From Verrucomicrobiota bacterium (GTDB lineage Bacteria > Verrucomicrobiota > Verrucomicrobiia > Limisphaerales > UBA1100), in contig JAOLZA010000004.1 of the NCBI GenBank assembly GCA_028343615.1, positions 8,697 to 72,696 of the forward strand: 64,000 nt of DNA. The letters are read 5' to 3'. The notes under the pieces are model-generated. The model was not told the DNA's origin. It saw only the letters and a list, made by a program, of their open reading frames with translations, and ran no database searches. Position 1 is the stretch's first letter; the number at the start of each line of letters is the position of its first letter. Shown piece by piece: positions 38,345-48,436 of the stretch. Made by a program: the position numbers and the translations under genes.

Positions 38345-40075
38345 ATGATAAAACAACGAAAGAGTAGTTCGGGCAATTTTCTCCGGAGATTTGCTGTTTG
38401 TGCCATATTCTCCATGGGAATGGTGGGTTGTAAAAACGCGGCAGAACACCACGCGGCTGCCGACGAAGAGGTGTACGATATTCTTAAATTGCGCCATCAA
38501 CAACTATTTGGAGCGGAACAGGCATTCGCGGTGGAGACACCCTACTCCAAGCGCGCGCCGGGCGACATTCCTTCGGTGGAGATTATCCTAAACCGTTTTT
38601 CCGATGGCACCAATTTGCTAACGCTGCCTAAGGCGCTGGAGATGGCGGTGAATCACAGTCGCGATTACCAGCTCCAGCGCGAGACGTTGTATCTCTCCGC
38701 GCTGTCACTCACCGGCGAGCGGCACAAATTCGCGCTCAAACCCACCAAGGCCAATCTCGACCTCAGCCGCAACCGCTCCAGTAGTAACGTCAACACCACC
38801 GAATCCGACGCCACCCTGACTCTCAGCAAAGCGCTCAAGACTGGCGGCACGCTCACGGCCACGCTTGCCAACGACCTCACGCTCTTTTTCAATGGCGGCG
38901 GCCCCAAGATTCCGGACCTCACCCTCGCGCTCACGCAGCCGTTGCTAAAAGATGCCGGCGCGAAGTTTGCCGAGGAATTGCTGACGCAATCCGAGCGCGA
39001 TCTTGTGTATGCTATCCGTACCTTTTCGCGTTATCAAAAAACTTTTCTGGTCGACCGCATTTCCGAGTATCTAGCACTCTTGCAAAAAAAGGATGAGGTG
39101 CGTGTCCAATATGAATTGTACCAAAACCGAATCCTGTTCCGGAAGGAACAGGAGCTGCGTCTTCAGGGTGAACTGATTAGTCAATTCGAGCTGGATCAGG
39201 CACTGCGGCAGGAATATTCCTCGAAGGTAAGTTACATTAACGCCATAGAATCGTATCAGGCCTTGCTGGATGATTTCAAGAAACAACTCAACTTGCCACT
39301 GGGCGAATCGGTGGTACTGGACGATGCTGAACTGGGCAACTTTAAGCAATTTGGCCTGCAACCGGTGCCTTTGAATGACAAGCATGGTTTCCAGCTCGCA
39401 CTAACCAATCGGTTGGATATTTTGAATAACATCGACAAATTCGAAGATAAGAAACGCAAAGTGGAGGTTTCCGCCAACGACCTGTTACCCAGTCTTGCTG
39501 TCGTGGCGGATTACTCCCTCAAAGATCAGTTTTACAATCGCAACTCTTTCGACTTCGGCGATTACTCTGGTAAGATTGGCCTCTCGCTAGATTTGCCGCT
39601 GGATAAACACACCGAGCGCAACGCCTACCGCAAGAGTCGTATTACCTTCGAGCAACAGTTACGCAGTTTGATGAAGACACTCGATGACTTGCGCGATGAG
39701 ATTCGTACTAATGTACGTACACTGGATCAGAACCAGCAATCGTACGTGATCAACCAGAAAGCACTTGCAGTATCCAGGCGTGAACTTGAGAAGGCGAAGC
39801 TGGATATGCTGGCTGGTGGCAACGTTTCCCCTCGTGACATTCTCGAAGCGCAGACTGCTGTGGCCAAGGCGCAGAATGATGTTACAAAATCCTTCATAAA
39901 TTTCCATACCCAGCGCCTAAAGCTACTCAACAACACCGGCATTCTCAACACCGGCTTGAATCAGTTTTGGGTGCAACCACAACCCGTGCCGGGCGTGGCG
40001 ACAGGGGTGCCTCTTCCACCGGGCGCGGAGCAAGATGTGCCGGTGCTGCCGCCGGCACAAATTTTAGGCAATTAA
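38345..40075 (+). CDS. TolC-family outer-membrane efflux lipoprotein (copy 1)
   Basis: Lipobox FSMGMVGC. The two-repeat coiled-coil/beta-barrel pattern (LALTQPLLKDAG...; GLSLDLPLD...) is typical of the OEP family. The start is set at ATG 38345. Confidence 0.8.
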   Translation: MIKQRKSSSGNFLRRFAVCAIFSMGMVGCKNAAEHHAAADEEVYDILKLRHQQLFGAEQAFAVETPYSKRAPGDIPSVEIILNRFSDGTNLLTLPKALEMAVNHSRDYQLQRETLYLSALSLTGERHKFALKPTKANLDLSRNRSSSNVNTTESDATLTLSKALKTGGTLTATLANDLTLFFNGGGPKIPDLTLALTQPLLKDAGAKFAEELLTQSERDLVYAIRTFSRYQKTFLVDRISEYLALLQKKDEVRVQYELYQNRILFRKEQELRLQGELISQFELDQALRQEYSSKVSYINAIESYQALLDDFKKQLNLPLGESVVLDDAELGNFKQFGLQPVPLNDKHGFQLALTNRLDILNNIDKFEDKKRKVEVSANDLLPSLAVVADYSLKDQFYNRNSFDFGDYSGKIGLSLDLPLDKHTERNAYRKSRITFEQQLRSLMKTLDDLRDEIRTNVRTLDQNQQSYVINQKALAVSRRELEKAKLDMLAGGNVSPRDILEAQTAVAKAQNDVTKSFINFHTQRLKLLNNTGILNTGLNQFWVQPQPVPGVATGVPLPPGAEQDVPVLPPAQILGN

Positions 40076-40094
40076 AATCGGACTCTAACTCATT

Positions 40095-42155
40095 ATGAAA
40101 AAAACAAATTTATTTCCAATCAGTGCCTTCGCAATGGTTGCAGTGGCTTTGGCCGGGTGTAATTATTTTTCCAGTGATGATGAAGTCTCCAGCACCTACG
40201 GCACGGAGAAAGTGGAGAACGAGCAATTCATCGTGTCCTTTTCCGAAGGCGGCGAACTAGTGTCGGTGAATGCGGTGAAGGTGGAAAATGAAATGGATGG
40301 CTCCGCTTCCATCGTGAGTATTGTGGACGAGGGCTCCTACGTGGAGGGGCCGCGTCAGGTTCAGGTGGAGCTCGGTGACACGCCTGCCAAACTGGCAGCA
40401 CGGCACAAGATTCCTGAGGCAGATCTGCGGAATATGAATCCCGCTCTGGAACAAGCGATCGCTAATAATGAGACAATTATGTTACCGGGAGATTTGTTGG
40501 TGGAACTGGATCCCGGCTCGTTAAAGGATAGAATTCTCAGCCAGGAAATCTCCGTGCGCACGTCGAAGAATTCCGTAATCAAATCACAGAACGATCTTGA
40601 GATTCAAAAGCTGAGGAATGAGCAGAACATTGATGACGCGAAAATTTCCCTGAACTTTGCCAATCTGGATTTGAAGAAATTCAAGAACAGTGACGCCCGC
40701 CTCACGCGCGAGGATTACGCGGGGCAGCTTTCCAACCTCTCCAACAAGGTATCCATCTCCGAGGCCAAGCTGGTTTATTTGAGGGAACTGGAGAAGAAAC
40801 AATTCCTTTCTAAAATGTCCCTGCGCGAGGAAGAGCAAAAGGTTTCGGAGTTCCGTCACAACATCCGGATGCTACGCGGTGAAAGCGATGCCTATGAAAA
40901 ATATGTGTATCCAAAATCCGAGCAAGATTATAATTCCAAAATCAAACAGGCCGAGCTTTCGCTGACTACTGTGGAGCAAACTGCCACCAATAATATGATC
41001 ACCGCTACTGAGGAGGTGGATACACAAAAGCAGAAACTTCAGCTTGAGGAAGAAAAACTCACCGAGGTTAAGGATCAAATGAACAAAAGCCGCATTTACG
41101 CGCCCTCCAGCGGGTTGGTGGTCTATCACGTCGGCGAATCCTCACGCTACGGCGGCTCCTCCGGCATCATCGAGAAAGGCACCACTCTGCGCAAGGGGCA
41201 GGATATCATTCACCTGCCGGATCTTTCCAAAATGAAAGTGCAGCTCAAAATTCACGAGAGTCGCATCAATCAAGTGAAGCCCGGCTTGCAGGTGCAGATC
41301 CGTATCGACACCATTTCCGATCGCACCTTTCGCGGTGAGATCACCTTTGTCGCCCCTGTGGCTGCTGCTGCCGAGCGTTGGGGTAGCGACAAAAAGGTTT
41401 TTAAATGCGAGGTCGCTATCAAAGATAAACTGCCATCGTATATCCGCCCTGGCGCCTCTGCTACTTGTCGCATCTTTGTGGCCAACCTGCCGAAGGTCCG
41501 AACGGTGGAAGGTGAACAAATCAAAACCCTGCGGGTGCCCATCCAGAGCGTGGTCACCACCGTCGAAGGCCGGCGTGTGTGTTTCAAGATGAATAAAAAA
41601 AACCAGCCCATCCCCGTGCCGGTGGAGACGGGCTATTACGACCAAACTCACATCCAAATCACCAAAGGTTTGGCCCTTGGTGAAGTCATCCTCAAAGCCC
41701 CCCTGCTCCACGCCAAAGAGCTGAACGTCGGCGGCGGCCTCTTTGGCTACCGGCAAATCAATGCCGATGATTTCTTCGCGGATTTACCCGAGACCATCGA
41801 GCCCGCCAAGCCTGTGGAGCCTCAACCCAGCATCGCCCAAAAGGCACCGCCCACCAAAGGGGGGCAAGGCAAGGGGCGGCCGGGCGGAGGTTCTGGACGT
41901 TCTACAGAGCCCCCTGCAGAACTCAATCTTTCCGCCGAGCAAAAAACCCAGTGGGCTGCGGCCGCTAAGAAAATGGCCGACAAAATGACAGACATTCGCG
42001 CTCGCCAAGCATGGACTGAGATGCGCACTTTGCGTGATGGATTCAAGGCAGATCTCGGGAAGTTTCTCACCAAGGATCAGCTTGCCAAATACGATGAGCT
42101 CAATGCCCAACGTGCTGGTGGAAGTGGCGGCAATCGCCCGGGTGGCGGAGGTTAA
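40095..42155 (+). CDS. HlyD/MacA-type periplasmic adaptor lipoprotein with a LysM-like insertion and a C-terminal G/P-rich plus LTxxQ tail (adaptor 1)
   Basis: Lipobox VALAGC. The lipoyl half-motifs IVSIVDEGSYVEGP ... PGDLLVELDP are split by VQVELGDTPAKLAARHKIPEADLRNMNP...IMLP. A long coiled coil and beta-barrel follow (RIYAPSSGLVVY). The tail contains LSAEQ and LTKDQ. Confidence 0.8.
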   Translation: MKKTNLFPISAFAMVAVALAGCNYFSSDDEVSSTYGTEKVENEQFIVSFSEGGELVSVNAVKVENEMDGSASIVSIVDEGSYVEGPRQVQVELGDTPAKLAARHKIPEADLRNMNPALEQAIANNETIMLPGDLLVELDPGSLKDRILSQEISVRTSKNSVIKSQNDLEIQKLRNEQNIDDAKISLNFANLDLKKFKNSDARLTREDYAGQLSNLSNKVSISEAKLVYLRELEKKQFLSKMSLREEEQKVSEFRHNIRMLRGESDAYEKYVYPKSEQDYNSKIKQAELSLTTVEQTATNNMITATEEVDTQKQKLQLEEEKLTEVKDQMNKSRIYAPSSGLVVYHVGESSRYGGSSGIIEKGTTLRKGQDIIHLPDLSKMKVQLKIHESRINQVKPGLQVQIRIDTISDRTFRGEITFVAPVAAAAERWGSDKKVFKCEVAIKDKLPSYIRPGASATCRIFVANLPKVRTVEGEQIKTLRVPIQSVVTTVEGRRVCFKMNKKNQPIPVPVETGYYDQTHIQITKGLALGEVILKAPLLHAKELNVGGGLFGYRQINADDFFADLPETIEPAKPVEPQPSIAQKAPPTKGGQGKGRPGGGSGRSTEPPAELNLSAEQKTQWAAAAKKMADKMTDIRARQAWTEMRTLRDGFKADLGKFLTKDQLAKYDELNAQRAGGSGGNRPGGGG

Positions 42156-42191
42156 GGTCGCGGCGGTAATTAATTTTCAAGCGTTTCGAAT

Positions 42192-42908
42192 ATGGAAACA
42201 AATCTAAACGGCAACGGTACGTCTATCATTCGCATTGAGGGAATGAAAAAGATATATGATCTTGGCGAGGTAAAGGTACCCGCATTAGCAGGGGTGGATA
42301 TCAACATTAAGGAGGGCAGCTACGTTGCTATCATGGGCCCCTCTGGCTCCGGTAAATCCACGCTGCTAAATTTGCTCGGTTGCCTCGATCGGCCCACCTC
42401 CGGCCGGTATTTCCTGGGCGAACAGGATGTGTCCCTCATGAGCGATAGCGCTCTGTCCGAAGTGCGCGGTCAACGCATCGGATTTATCTTCCAGTCATAT
42501 AACCTCATTCCGCAGCTGGATGTGGTGGAAAACATTCATGTGCCACTTTTTTATCAGGGCAAACAACTCTCCGCTCATCGTGAGCATTGCGAGGATCTGG
42601 CGCGGCTGGTGGGTCTGGCTGACCGGCTCGATCACCGCCCGCTGCAACTTTCTGGTGGTCAACAGCAGCGCGTTGCCGTGGCACGGTCGTTGGTGAATGA
42701 TCCATTAATGATCCTCGCCGATGAACCCACTGGCAATCTCGATTCCAAAACCGGCCTGGAAATCCTCGCACTGCTAGACAAGCTGCATGCCGATGGCAAG
42801 ACCATCGTTGTGGTGACGCACGATGAGGAAGTGGCGGAACGCGCGGATCGGGTAATTCGGCTCAAGGACGGTCTAGTGGATCGCGACGAACCCAATCCAC
42901 GTAAATGA
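42192..42908 (+). CDS. ABC transporter ATP-binding protein, MacB-NBD/LolD type (the only NBD gene in the cluster)
   Basis: [45 protein letters not shown]. Confidence 0.9.
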   Translation: METNLNGNGTSIIRIEGMKKIYDLGEVKVPALAGVDINIKEGSYVAIMGPSGSGKSTLLNLLGCLDRPTSGRYFLGEQDVSLMSDSALSEVRGQRIGFIFQSYNLIPQLDVVENIHVPLFYQGKQLSAHREHCEDLARLVGLADRLDHRPLQLSGGQQQRVAVARSLVNDPLMILADEPTGNLDSKTGLEILALLDKLHADGKTIVVVTHDEEVAERADRVIRLKDGLVDRDEPNPRK

Positions 42909-42909
42909 T

Positions 42910-44691
42910 ATGGGCTTCTTCCGCGCCATTATTCAAGGCATCAAGAGCCTCATGCTCTACCCGCTTCGCTCGATGCTCACTATGCTGGGCATCATCTTTG
43001 GTGTGTGCTCAGTGATTGCGATGCTTGCCATTGGCGAGGGCCAAAAACAAAAGGCAGAGGAGGAAATTAAAAAACTCGGTGCTATCAACATCATCATTAC
43101 CAGCCAAAAACCCATTGCGCAGGAAGTGCAGGGCCAGCGCACGGGGTTTGTGGCCAAGTACGGTGTGAAGTATGACGACGCTGCGCGCATTGCCGACCTG
43201 CGCGATGCCGGCGTGATCCGCGTGTTGCCCGAAAAAATTCGACGTGAGGACGTGGCCTTCGATCAGTTTGTGAAAAAGGACCGCGCAATTTACGGTACGA
43301 CTCCGTACTTTTTAGAATTCAGCCAAGCCGAAGTGGTGATGGGGCGTTTCATCAGCGAGGAGGACGAGATGACCAAGAACAATGTGTGTGTGATCTCAAC
43401 TACGTTGGCCTCGGAATTGTTTGCGTACCAAAATCCGCTTACCAATGAAATTAAAGTCGGGAAATATTATTACCGCGTGGTGGGCCTTGTGCGCACTCCG
43501 GCGGATTTATTGCGTGATTTCAAGGAGCAAAAACAACGCGTGCTTGACGAAGCCGTATTACGTGAAGCCGCGGCGCGGCTGGAGGAGAGCTTGGCGGCGC
43601 AGAATAAAATCATCAATCAGCGTCGGGAAAAGTTAAAGACCGGCACCGCCAAGGAACGCATGGTGGGCGAGGTAATTGAGCGCGAGCATCTCATTGAAAA
43701 CTCGGATATTTTGAAGCTCAACAAATTGCCCCCAATCGTTTTTCAGGAACGATTGGAAAATCAGGACACGCCGGAATCCAAATGGTTTTCCGACCAATCC
43801 GGCAAGGAATTTTTCGTGACGCCCGAAAACTGGGTGTACTCTTATGAAGGCAACAAAGCCGAGCTGGCTGGCCATCTCGGCCACGGGCGCGTTATGCGGA
43901 TGGCGATGGAGGCGGATATGGGCAATCAGGAAAGCAACCTCGGTAAGGCTAACGAATTTTATGGCGACGTGTACGTGCCTTTCCACACGTTGAGGCAGGA
44001 TTATGGTGATCGTGAATTTAAGCGGCAATCCGGTGGTATCTCAGCCAAGGAGGTGCAGATCGATCGGCTGCGTGTACAATTCGATCGGATGAATCATGTG
44101 ATCCCCGGTGCTAAAATGCTTGAACGTACAATGCGATACGGGCATCAGGATGTTCAAGACTTCGTCATCCGTGTGCCGCTTGATGAGCTAGCCACCGCGC
44201 GCAAAATTAACCTCATCTTCACCATCGTGCTTGCGGCTATCGCTTCCATCTCGCTGTTGGTCGGCGGTATTGGTATTATGAATATTATGCTTGCGACTGT
44301 CACCGAGCGTACCAGCGAGATTGGCGTGCGCCGCGCGTTGGGTGCCAAGAAGCTGCATATCATCCGCCAATTCCTCGTGGAAACCAGCGTGCTCTCTATA
44401 GCTGGAGGTATATTGGGTATCGCGGTGGGCTATGTATTCCCCAAATTGGCACAGAAGATTCTAAGTTCAAATGAGACTCTAAGTTGGCTAAGTGATAAAA
44501 TCCGGCAGATTACGTTTGGCATATTAGATTACGATTTTACAAAATTTAGCTACAATTTGGAGCTCGTCTTTACAAACTGGTCTGTGGCGTTGGCCTTTGG
44601 CCTTTCAGTATGTGTGGGCATCATCTTTGGCATTTACCCCGCCTATCGTGCTGCGAACCTCGACCCCATCGAAGCGCTGCGGCATTCTTAA
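42910..44691 (+). CDS. MacB/FtsX-type ABC permease with an enlarged periplasmic domain (permease 1, 593 aa)
   Basis: TM1 [26 protein letters not shown]. FtsX core [31 protein letters not shown] and C-terminal DPIEALRHS. It is about 160 aa longer than the three paralogues. Confidence 0.85.
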   Translation: MGFFRAIIQGIKSLMLYPLRSMLTMLGIIFGVCSVIAMLAIGEGQKQKAEEEIKKLGAINIIITSQKPIAQEVQGQRTGFVAKYGVKYDDAARIADLRDAGVIRVLPEKIRREDVAFDQFVKKDRAIYGTTPYFLEFSQAEVVMGRFISEEDEMTKNNVCVISTTLASELFAYQNPLTNEIKVGKYYYRVVGLVRTPADLLRDFKEQKQRVLDEAVLREAAARLEESLAAQNKIINQRREKLKTGTAKERMVGEVIEREHLIENSDILKLNKLPPIVFQERLENQDTPESKWFSDQSGKEFFVTPENWVYSYEGNKAELAGHLGHGRVMRMAMEADMGNQESNLGKANEFYGDVYVPFHTLRQDYGDREFKRQSGGISAKEVQIDRLRVQFDRMNHVIPGAKMLERTMRYGHQDVQDFVIRVPLDELATARKINLIFTIVLAAIASISLLVGGIGIMNIMLATVTERTSEIGVRRALGAKKLHIIRQFLVETSVLSIAGGILGIAVGYVFPKLAQKILSSNETLSWLSDKIRQITFGILDYDFTKFSYNLELVFTNWSVALAFGLSVCVGIIFGIYPAYRAANLDPIEALRHS

Positions 44692-44789
44692 TGCCGGTGT
44701 TCCGATTCGCTCAGGAGCATCATTATTTTGTAACGCGGATGACATTCCTGCTGTAATAAGTGATAGCGAAGCATTGTGTGCAAATTTTA

Positions 44790-44818
44790 TTGAAAAGAAC
44801 TGGGGGTTTTTATACAAT
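44790..44818 (+). promoter_or_regulatory. Candidate sigma70-type internal promoter for the second efflux module
   Basis: TTGAAA-17 nt-TACAAT in the AT-rich 193-bp gap between permease 1 and adaptor 2, about 66 nt upstream of ATG 44885. Confidence 0.4.
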
Positions 44819-44884
44819 GTAAACAGTTTCCGTTGGGATGAAGACAGGGCATCGAGGCATACGTCCGAATTGCAAATTGAGCTA

Positions 44885-47026
44885 ATGACCATGAAAAAAC
44901 AAAATCAAACGACCGTAGACCAGAAGGGGTTTGCCATGGGAAAGTTACTCGGATTGTTAGCCTTGCTTGGATTGGTGGTCGGAGGCGTTTGGGGTGTTAA
45001 GCATTTGCTTTCCAAGGAAGAAGAGAAGGTCCGTCAGGAAAAGTACTGGACCGCTGAGAAGGCCGATTTTTTGGTGACAGTGAAACTCACGGGCAGGCTG
45101 GCTTCCACGGATGTGGTGGAACTCAAGTGCCAGCTAGAAGGGAGCACAACGATCGAATCGATTGTGGACGAAGGCGTCGAGGTCAAAGGTCCATTCAGGT
45201 ATATTATCAAGGCAGGTGATACACTTGCGTCAATTGCCGAATACATGGGTAGAGATGATCTTTCCATCCGCCTGCTTAATTCAGTAGAAGATATTGATTG
45301 GGGTAATTTGCCCGAAGGTCAGTCGATCATGATTCCCGGCGACCTACTGGTGGAACTGGATCCGCTCAATCTCAAGGAGCGGATTAACCAGATGGAGATC
45401 GTGGTGGAAAAGTCCGAGAATTCGCTCTTACGAATGACTGGAAACCTGAAAAACACCGAGCTCGCGGCGGCCTTCTCCTTAAAAGTCGCGGAAAATAATC
45501 ACAAGCTGGCAATCATGGCGCAGGACAAGGCCATAAACAGTACCATCAAAAACCAAATCAAGTCTGATATGGGAAGTATTACCAATCTTGCCAACCAAGT
45601 GGAGGAATCCAAAGAACAGATGGCAATCTCAGAAGCCAAGCTTAAGTGGCTCAAGGAGTTGGAGGAGAAAAAATTCCTTTCCAAGATGTCTTTGCGTGAG
45701 GAAGAACTGAAATTGATCAGGGAGCGGAATAATGCCCAGAATCTTCGCCACCAAATCGCGATGGCTCAAGAGCGGCTGGATGCCTACCAGAAATATGATA
45801 GTGTATCTATTCTGAACCAAAGTGAATTGGCTGTTGATGAGGCCTTGGTCTCCATTGAGAAGGTAAAGGTAAGGAATGTTGCTGACTTGAGGGATGCCAA
45901 TTCAACCATTGCCACCCAGAAGAAGACCTTTGAACTGGAAAAGGAAAGACTCGAAGATCTTAAGGAGCAAATGGCGGCCACAAGGATTTATGCGCCTTCA
46001 GATGGCACTGTTGTCTATTTTTCGGAAAGCTATAAGGAATACGGACCCATCATGGATGGGGCTCGAGTGCACCGAGGCCGCAACCTCATCAAGCTTCCCA
46101 AGACCAAGTCTCTGAAAGTAGAACTCAATGTTCCGCAAGCCAAACGAGGGCTTCTCAGGCGCGACATGAAAGCTTGGGTGCAGGTGGAGGATGTGACTCT
46201 GCCAGGAACCCTCTCGGTACTCGGGAGTACGGTTGATACCAATCGTCGTGGTCACACCGAAAAATCATATTTTAAAGGCGAAGTGTATATCGATAACAAT
46301 GATTTTCCCGATGCAGTTTCTGAAGGTATGACTGTTACCGTGGAGATCAAGGTCATCAATCTTGAGGGCGAAAACCAGCGGATCAAGGTCCCCAACCAAT
46401 GCGTGACAACCCGGATGATCAGTGAAGATACCGCACAGACTGGCTGCTATGTGTTGGATCCCGCCACCAAGAAACATAAGTGGCGACCGGTGACCATTGA
46501 ATACAGCGATGAAAACTTTATCGCGATCAAGGAAGAAACAGATCCAAGATTTGGCCTTCGAGAAGGTGAATTGATCCACTTGTCACCGTTGACTGAAGCA
46601 GAGAACCTAAACTTGGAGGAGGCAGTCATGGACAAAGGGATAGTTGAGTTGGGGGATCCAGGCAGCGTGGAAGCTTTGAATGTAAAAGGGAGAAATAGCG
46701 AACCTGTGGATTTTGGGTTGAGTGATGAGCAGCGGAAAGAGTGGGATGCGGCACAAGCCGAGGCCACAAGCGGAATTGCGGAGGTGATCAAGAAAATTCA
46801 GTCAAGGGAGATACCGCAAGAGAATGCCGTTTCAGTATTGAGTGAAACTTTTGAAGGTTCCCGTGCAAAGCTTGAGGGATTTCTTACTGAAGATCAGTTG
46901 AAGAAGTATGATGTATGGATTATTCCCGCCAAACAGGCTGCCGGCGAGAGGGTAAAACGTTTTCTTTCAACAAAATCTTCATTAGGGAAGTCGGTTAGCG
47001 GTAAGCAACGGCGTAATCGTAAATAG
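44885..47026 (+). CDS. HlyD/MacA-type adaptor with an N-terminal TM anchor, a LysM-like insertion and an LTxxQ tail (adaptor 2)
   Basis: The start is set at MTMKKQ (ATG 44885). The ORF-track extension to 44597 overlaps the previous gene. Anchor LLGLLALLGLVVGGVWGV. Insertion YIIKAGDTLASIAEYMGRDDLSIRLLNS...GQSIMIPGDLLVELDP. Tail has LSDEQ and LTEDQ. Confidence 0.8.
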   Translation: MTMKKQNQTTVDQKGFAMGKLLGLLALLGLVVGGVWGVKHLLSKEEEKVRQEKYWTAEKADFLVTVKLTGRLASTDVVELKCQLEGSTTIESIVDEGVEVKGPFRYIIKAGDTLASIAEYMGRDDLSIRLLNSVEDIDWGNLPEGQSIMIPGDLLVELDPLNLKERINQMEIVVEKSENSLLRMTGNLKNTELAAAFSLKVAENNHKLAIMAQDKAINSTIKNQIKSDMGSITNLANQVEESKEQMAISEAKLKWLKELEEKKFLSKMSLREEELKLIRERNNAQNLRHQIAMAQERLDAYQKYDSVSILNQSELAVDEALVSIEKVKVRNVADLRDANSTIATQKKTFELEKERLEDLKEQMAATRIYAPSDGTVVYFSESYKEYGPIMDGARVHRGRNLIKLPKTKSLKVELNVPQAKRGLLRRDMKAWVQVEDVTLPGTLSVLGSTVDTNRRGHTEKSYFKGEVYIDNNDFPDAVSEGMTVTVEIKVINLEGENQRIKVPNQCVTTRMISEDTAQTGCYVLDPATKKHKWRPVTIEYSDENFIAIKEETDPRFGLREGELIHLSPLTEAENLNLEEAVMDKGIVELGDPGSVEALNVKGRNSEPVDFGLSDEQRKEWDAAQAEATSGIAEVIKKIQSREIPQENAVSVLSETFEGSRAKLEGFLTEDQLKKYDVWIIPAKQAAGERVKRFLSTKSSLGKSVSGKQRRNRK

Positions 47027-47028
47027 CC

Positions 47029-48330
47029 GTGTTTGGGTTTTACATCCTTCGCATCGTTCAGGTGGGCTTCAAAAGCTTAAGGCTTCACAAGTTGCGGAGT
47101 GGTCTCACTATGCTGGGCATTGTCATTGGTGTGTGGGCCGTTATCACACTGGTCGCCATCGGTGAAGGGGCAAGCCATGACGCGCAGGAGGCGATCAAGG
47201 CACTGGGCGCGAATAACGTCATTATTCGTAGCGTAAAGCCTTTGTCAGACAAGCTCCAACTGCAGGGGAGAATGCAGTGGGAGACGATCTACGGCCTGAA
47301 AAATTCAGACGCAGGGCGGATTCTAAAAACAGTGCCGGGAGTTAAGCGTGTGTTGCCTATCCTGAGCCAGCGCAAGAATGTGGTACACGGCAAACGAAAT
47401 GTAGATTGCCAACTCATTGGCACCTTCCCTCACTACCCTGGATTCACCCAGTCCCGTATCGTTGCCGGTCAATTTCTAAATGAGATGGAGGAGGCTCGAA
47501 AAGAAAACTCCTGCGTCCTCACACTAGAGTTGGCTGAGAAGCTGTTCGCGGGCCAAAATCCACTCCTGGAAAATGTGATTGTTCGCGGTGTTGAATCTGC
47601 GCAGGTCTTCCGGGTAAAGGGTATTTTACAAGAGCGCGTGGATACCGAGAAACTGCCGCAGATGGCAGACGCAATGGGGCGAACGATTTCTGCCAATGTG
47701 TACATCCCTTTGTCTACCTTTAAAGCCCTTTACGGAATCAAGAATATTGATCTTAGCGTTGGCAGCGTTTCTGTGGAGCGCGTGGAGCTTACCGAGATTC
47801 GGGTTGAATTCGGATCGGTTGAAGAGGTGATCCCTGCGTTGCCGCTTCTCAGGGATTGCCTTGATAAATCACGCAAAGGCGAGGTGGATTACGAGATTGT
47901 GGTTCCCATTAAAGAGCTCAACACCCTCAAGGCGCAAAAAGCGCGTGATACCCGTATGCTTCTATACATCGCCTGTATCTCACTGTTGGTCGGTGGAATT
48001 GGCATTATGAATATCATGCTGGCCACCGTCACCGAGCGCACTCAGGAGATTGGTATCCGTCGGGCACTGGGGGCGACCCAGACGGACATTACCGTACAGT
48101 TCATGGTTGAGGCGCTGATGCTCTGCCTGATTGGGGGCACTATTGGGGTGGTGGGCGGTTGGGCGTTTGCCGCGTTCCGGCACAACATTTTACATATAAC
48201 GACCATAGTTACTGAATGGTCGGTAGTCATCGCTTTTGGTTTGTCCGTTGTAGTCGGGTTATTTTTCGGCATTTGGCCGGCTATCAAGGCTGCTGCATTG
48301 GATCCCATAGAAGCCCTGCGGCATAATTAG
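47029..48330 (+). CDS. MacB/FtsX-type ABC permease (permease 2)
   Basis: GTG start 3 nt after the adaptor stop. Motifs: [66 protein letters not shown]. Confidence 0.85.
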   Translation: MFGFYILRIVQVGFKSLRLHKLRSGLTMLGIVIGVWAVITLVAIGEGASHDAQEAIKALGANNVIIRSVKPLSDKLQLQGRMQWETIYGLKNSDAGRILKTVPGVKRVLPILSQRKNVVHGKRNVDCQLIGTFPHYPGFTQSRIVAGQFLNEMEEARKENSCVLTLELAEKLFAGQNPLLENVIVRGVESAQVFRVKGILQERVDTEKLPQMADAMGRTISANVYIPLSTFKALYGIKNIDLSVGSVSVERVELTEIRVEFGSVEEVIPALPLLRDCLDKSRKGEVDYEIVVPIKELNTLKAQKARDTRMLLYIACISLLVGGIGIMNIMLATVTERTQEIGIRRALGATQTDITVQFMVEALMLCLIGGTIGVVGGWAFAAFRHNILHITTIVTEWSVVIAFGLSVVVGLFFGIWPAIKAAALDPIEALRHN

Positions 48331-48436
48331 TCTATTATGGTAACAGAGGTGAAAAGATTGCCCCCAAAGAATCGTAAAATGTAATATTAAAGCTCCTCAT
48401 GCTGTAAGAATGGGAGCGAATTCACAGTTTTAAGTT

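Noticed and set aside
41142-41756. A 204-aa minus-strand ORF inside adaptor 1. Similar antisense ORFs occur at 53316-53930, 16713-17306, 61303-61770 and 33458-33967.
   Set aside because: All are antisense to confidently assigned genes and look like compositional artefacts.
44597-44884. N-terminal extensions suggested by the ORF track for adaptor 2. The same applies to the ORF starts at 4002, 8828, 20468, 23647, 38318, 49728, 54651, 56210 and 62815.
   Set aside because: The extensions overlap the preceding gene or lack any signal or anchor. Internal ATGs give canonical N-termini (signal peptides, lipoboxes or family-typical starts) and tidy ATGA/TAATG junctions.
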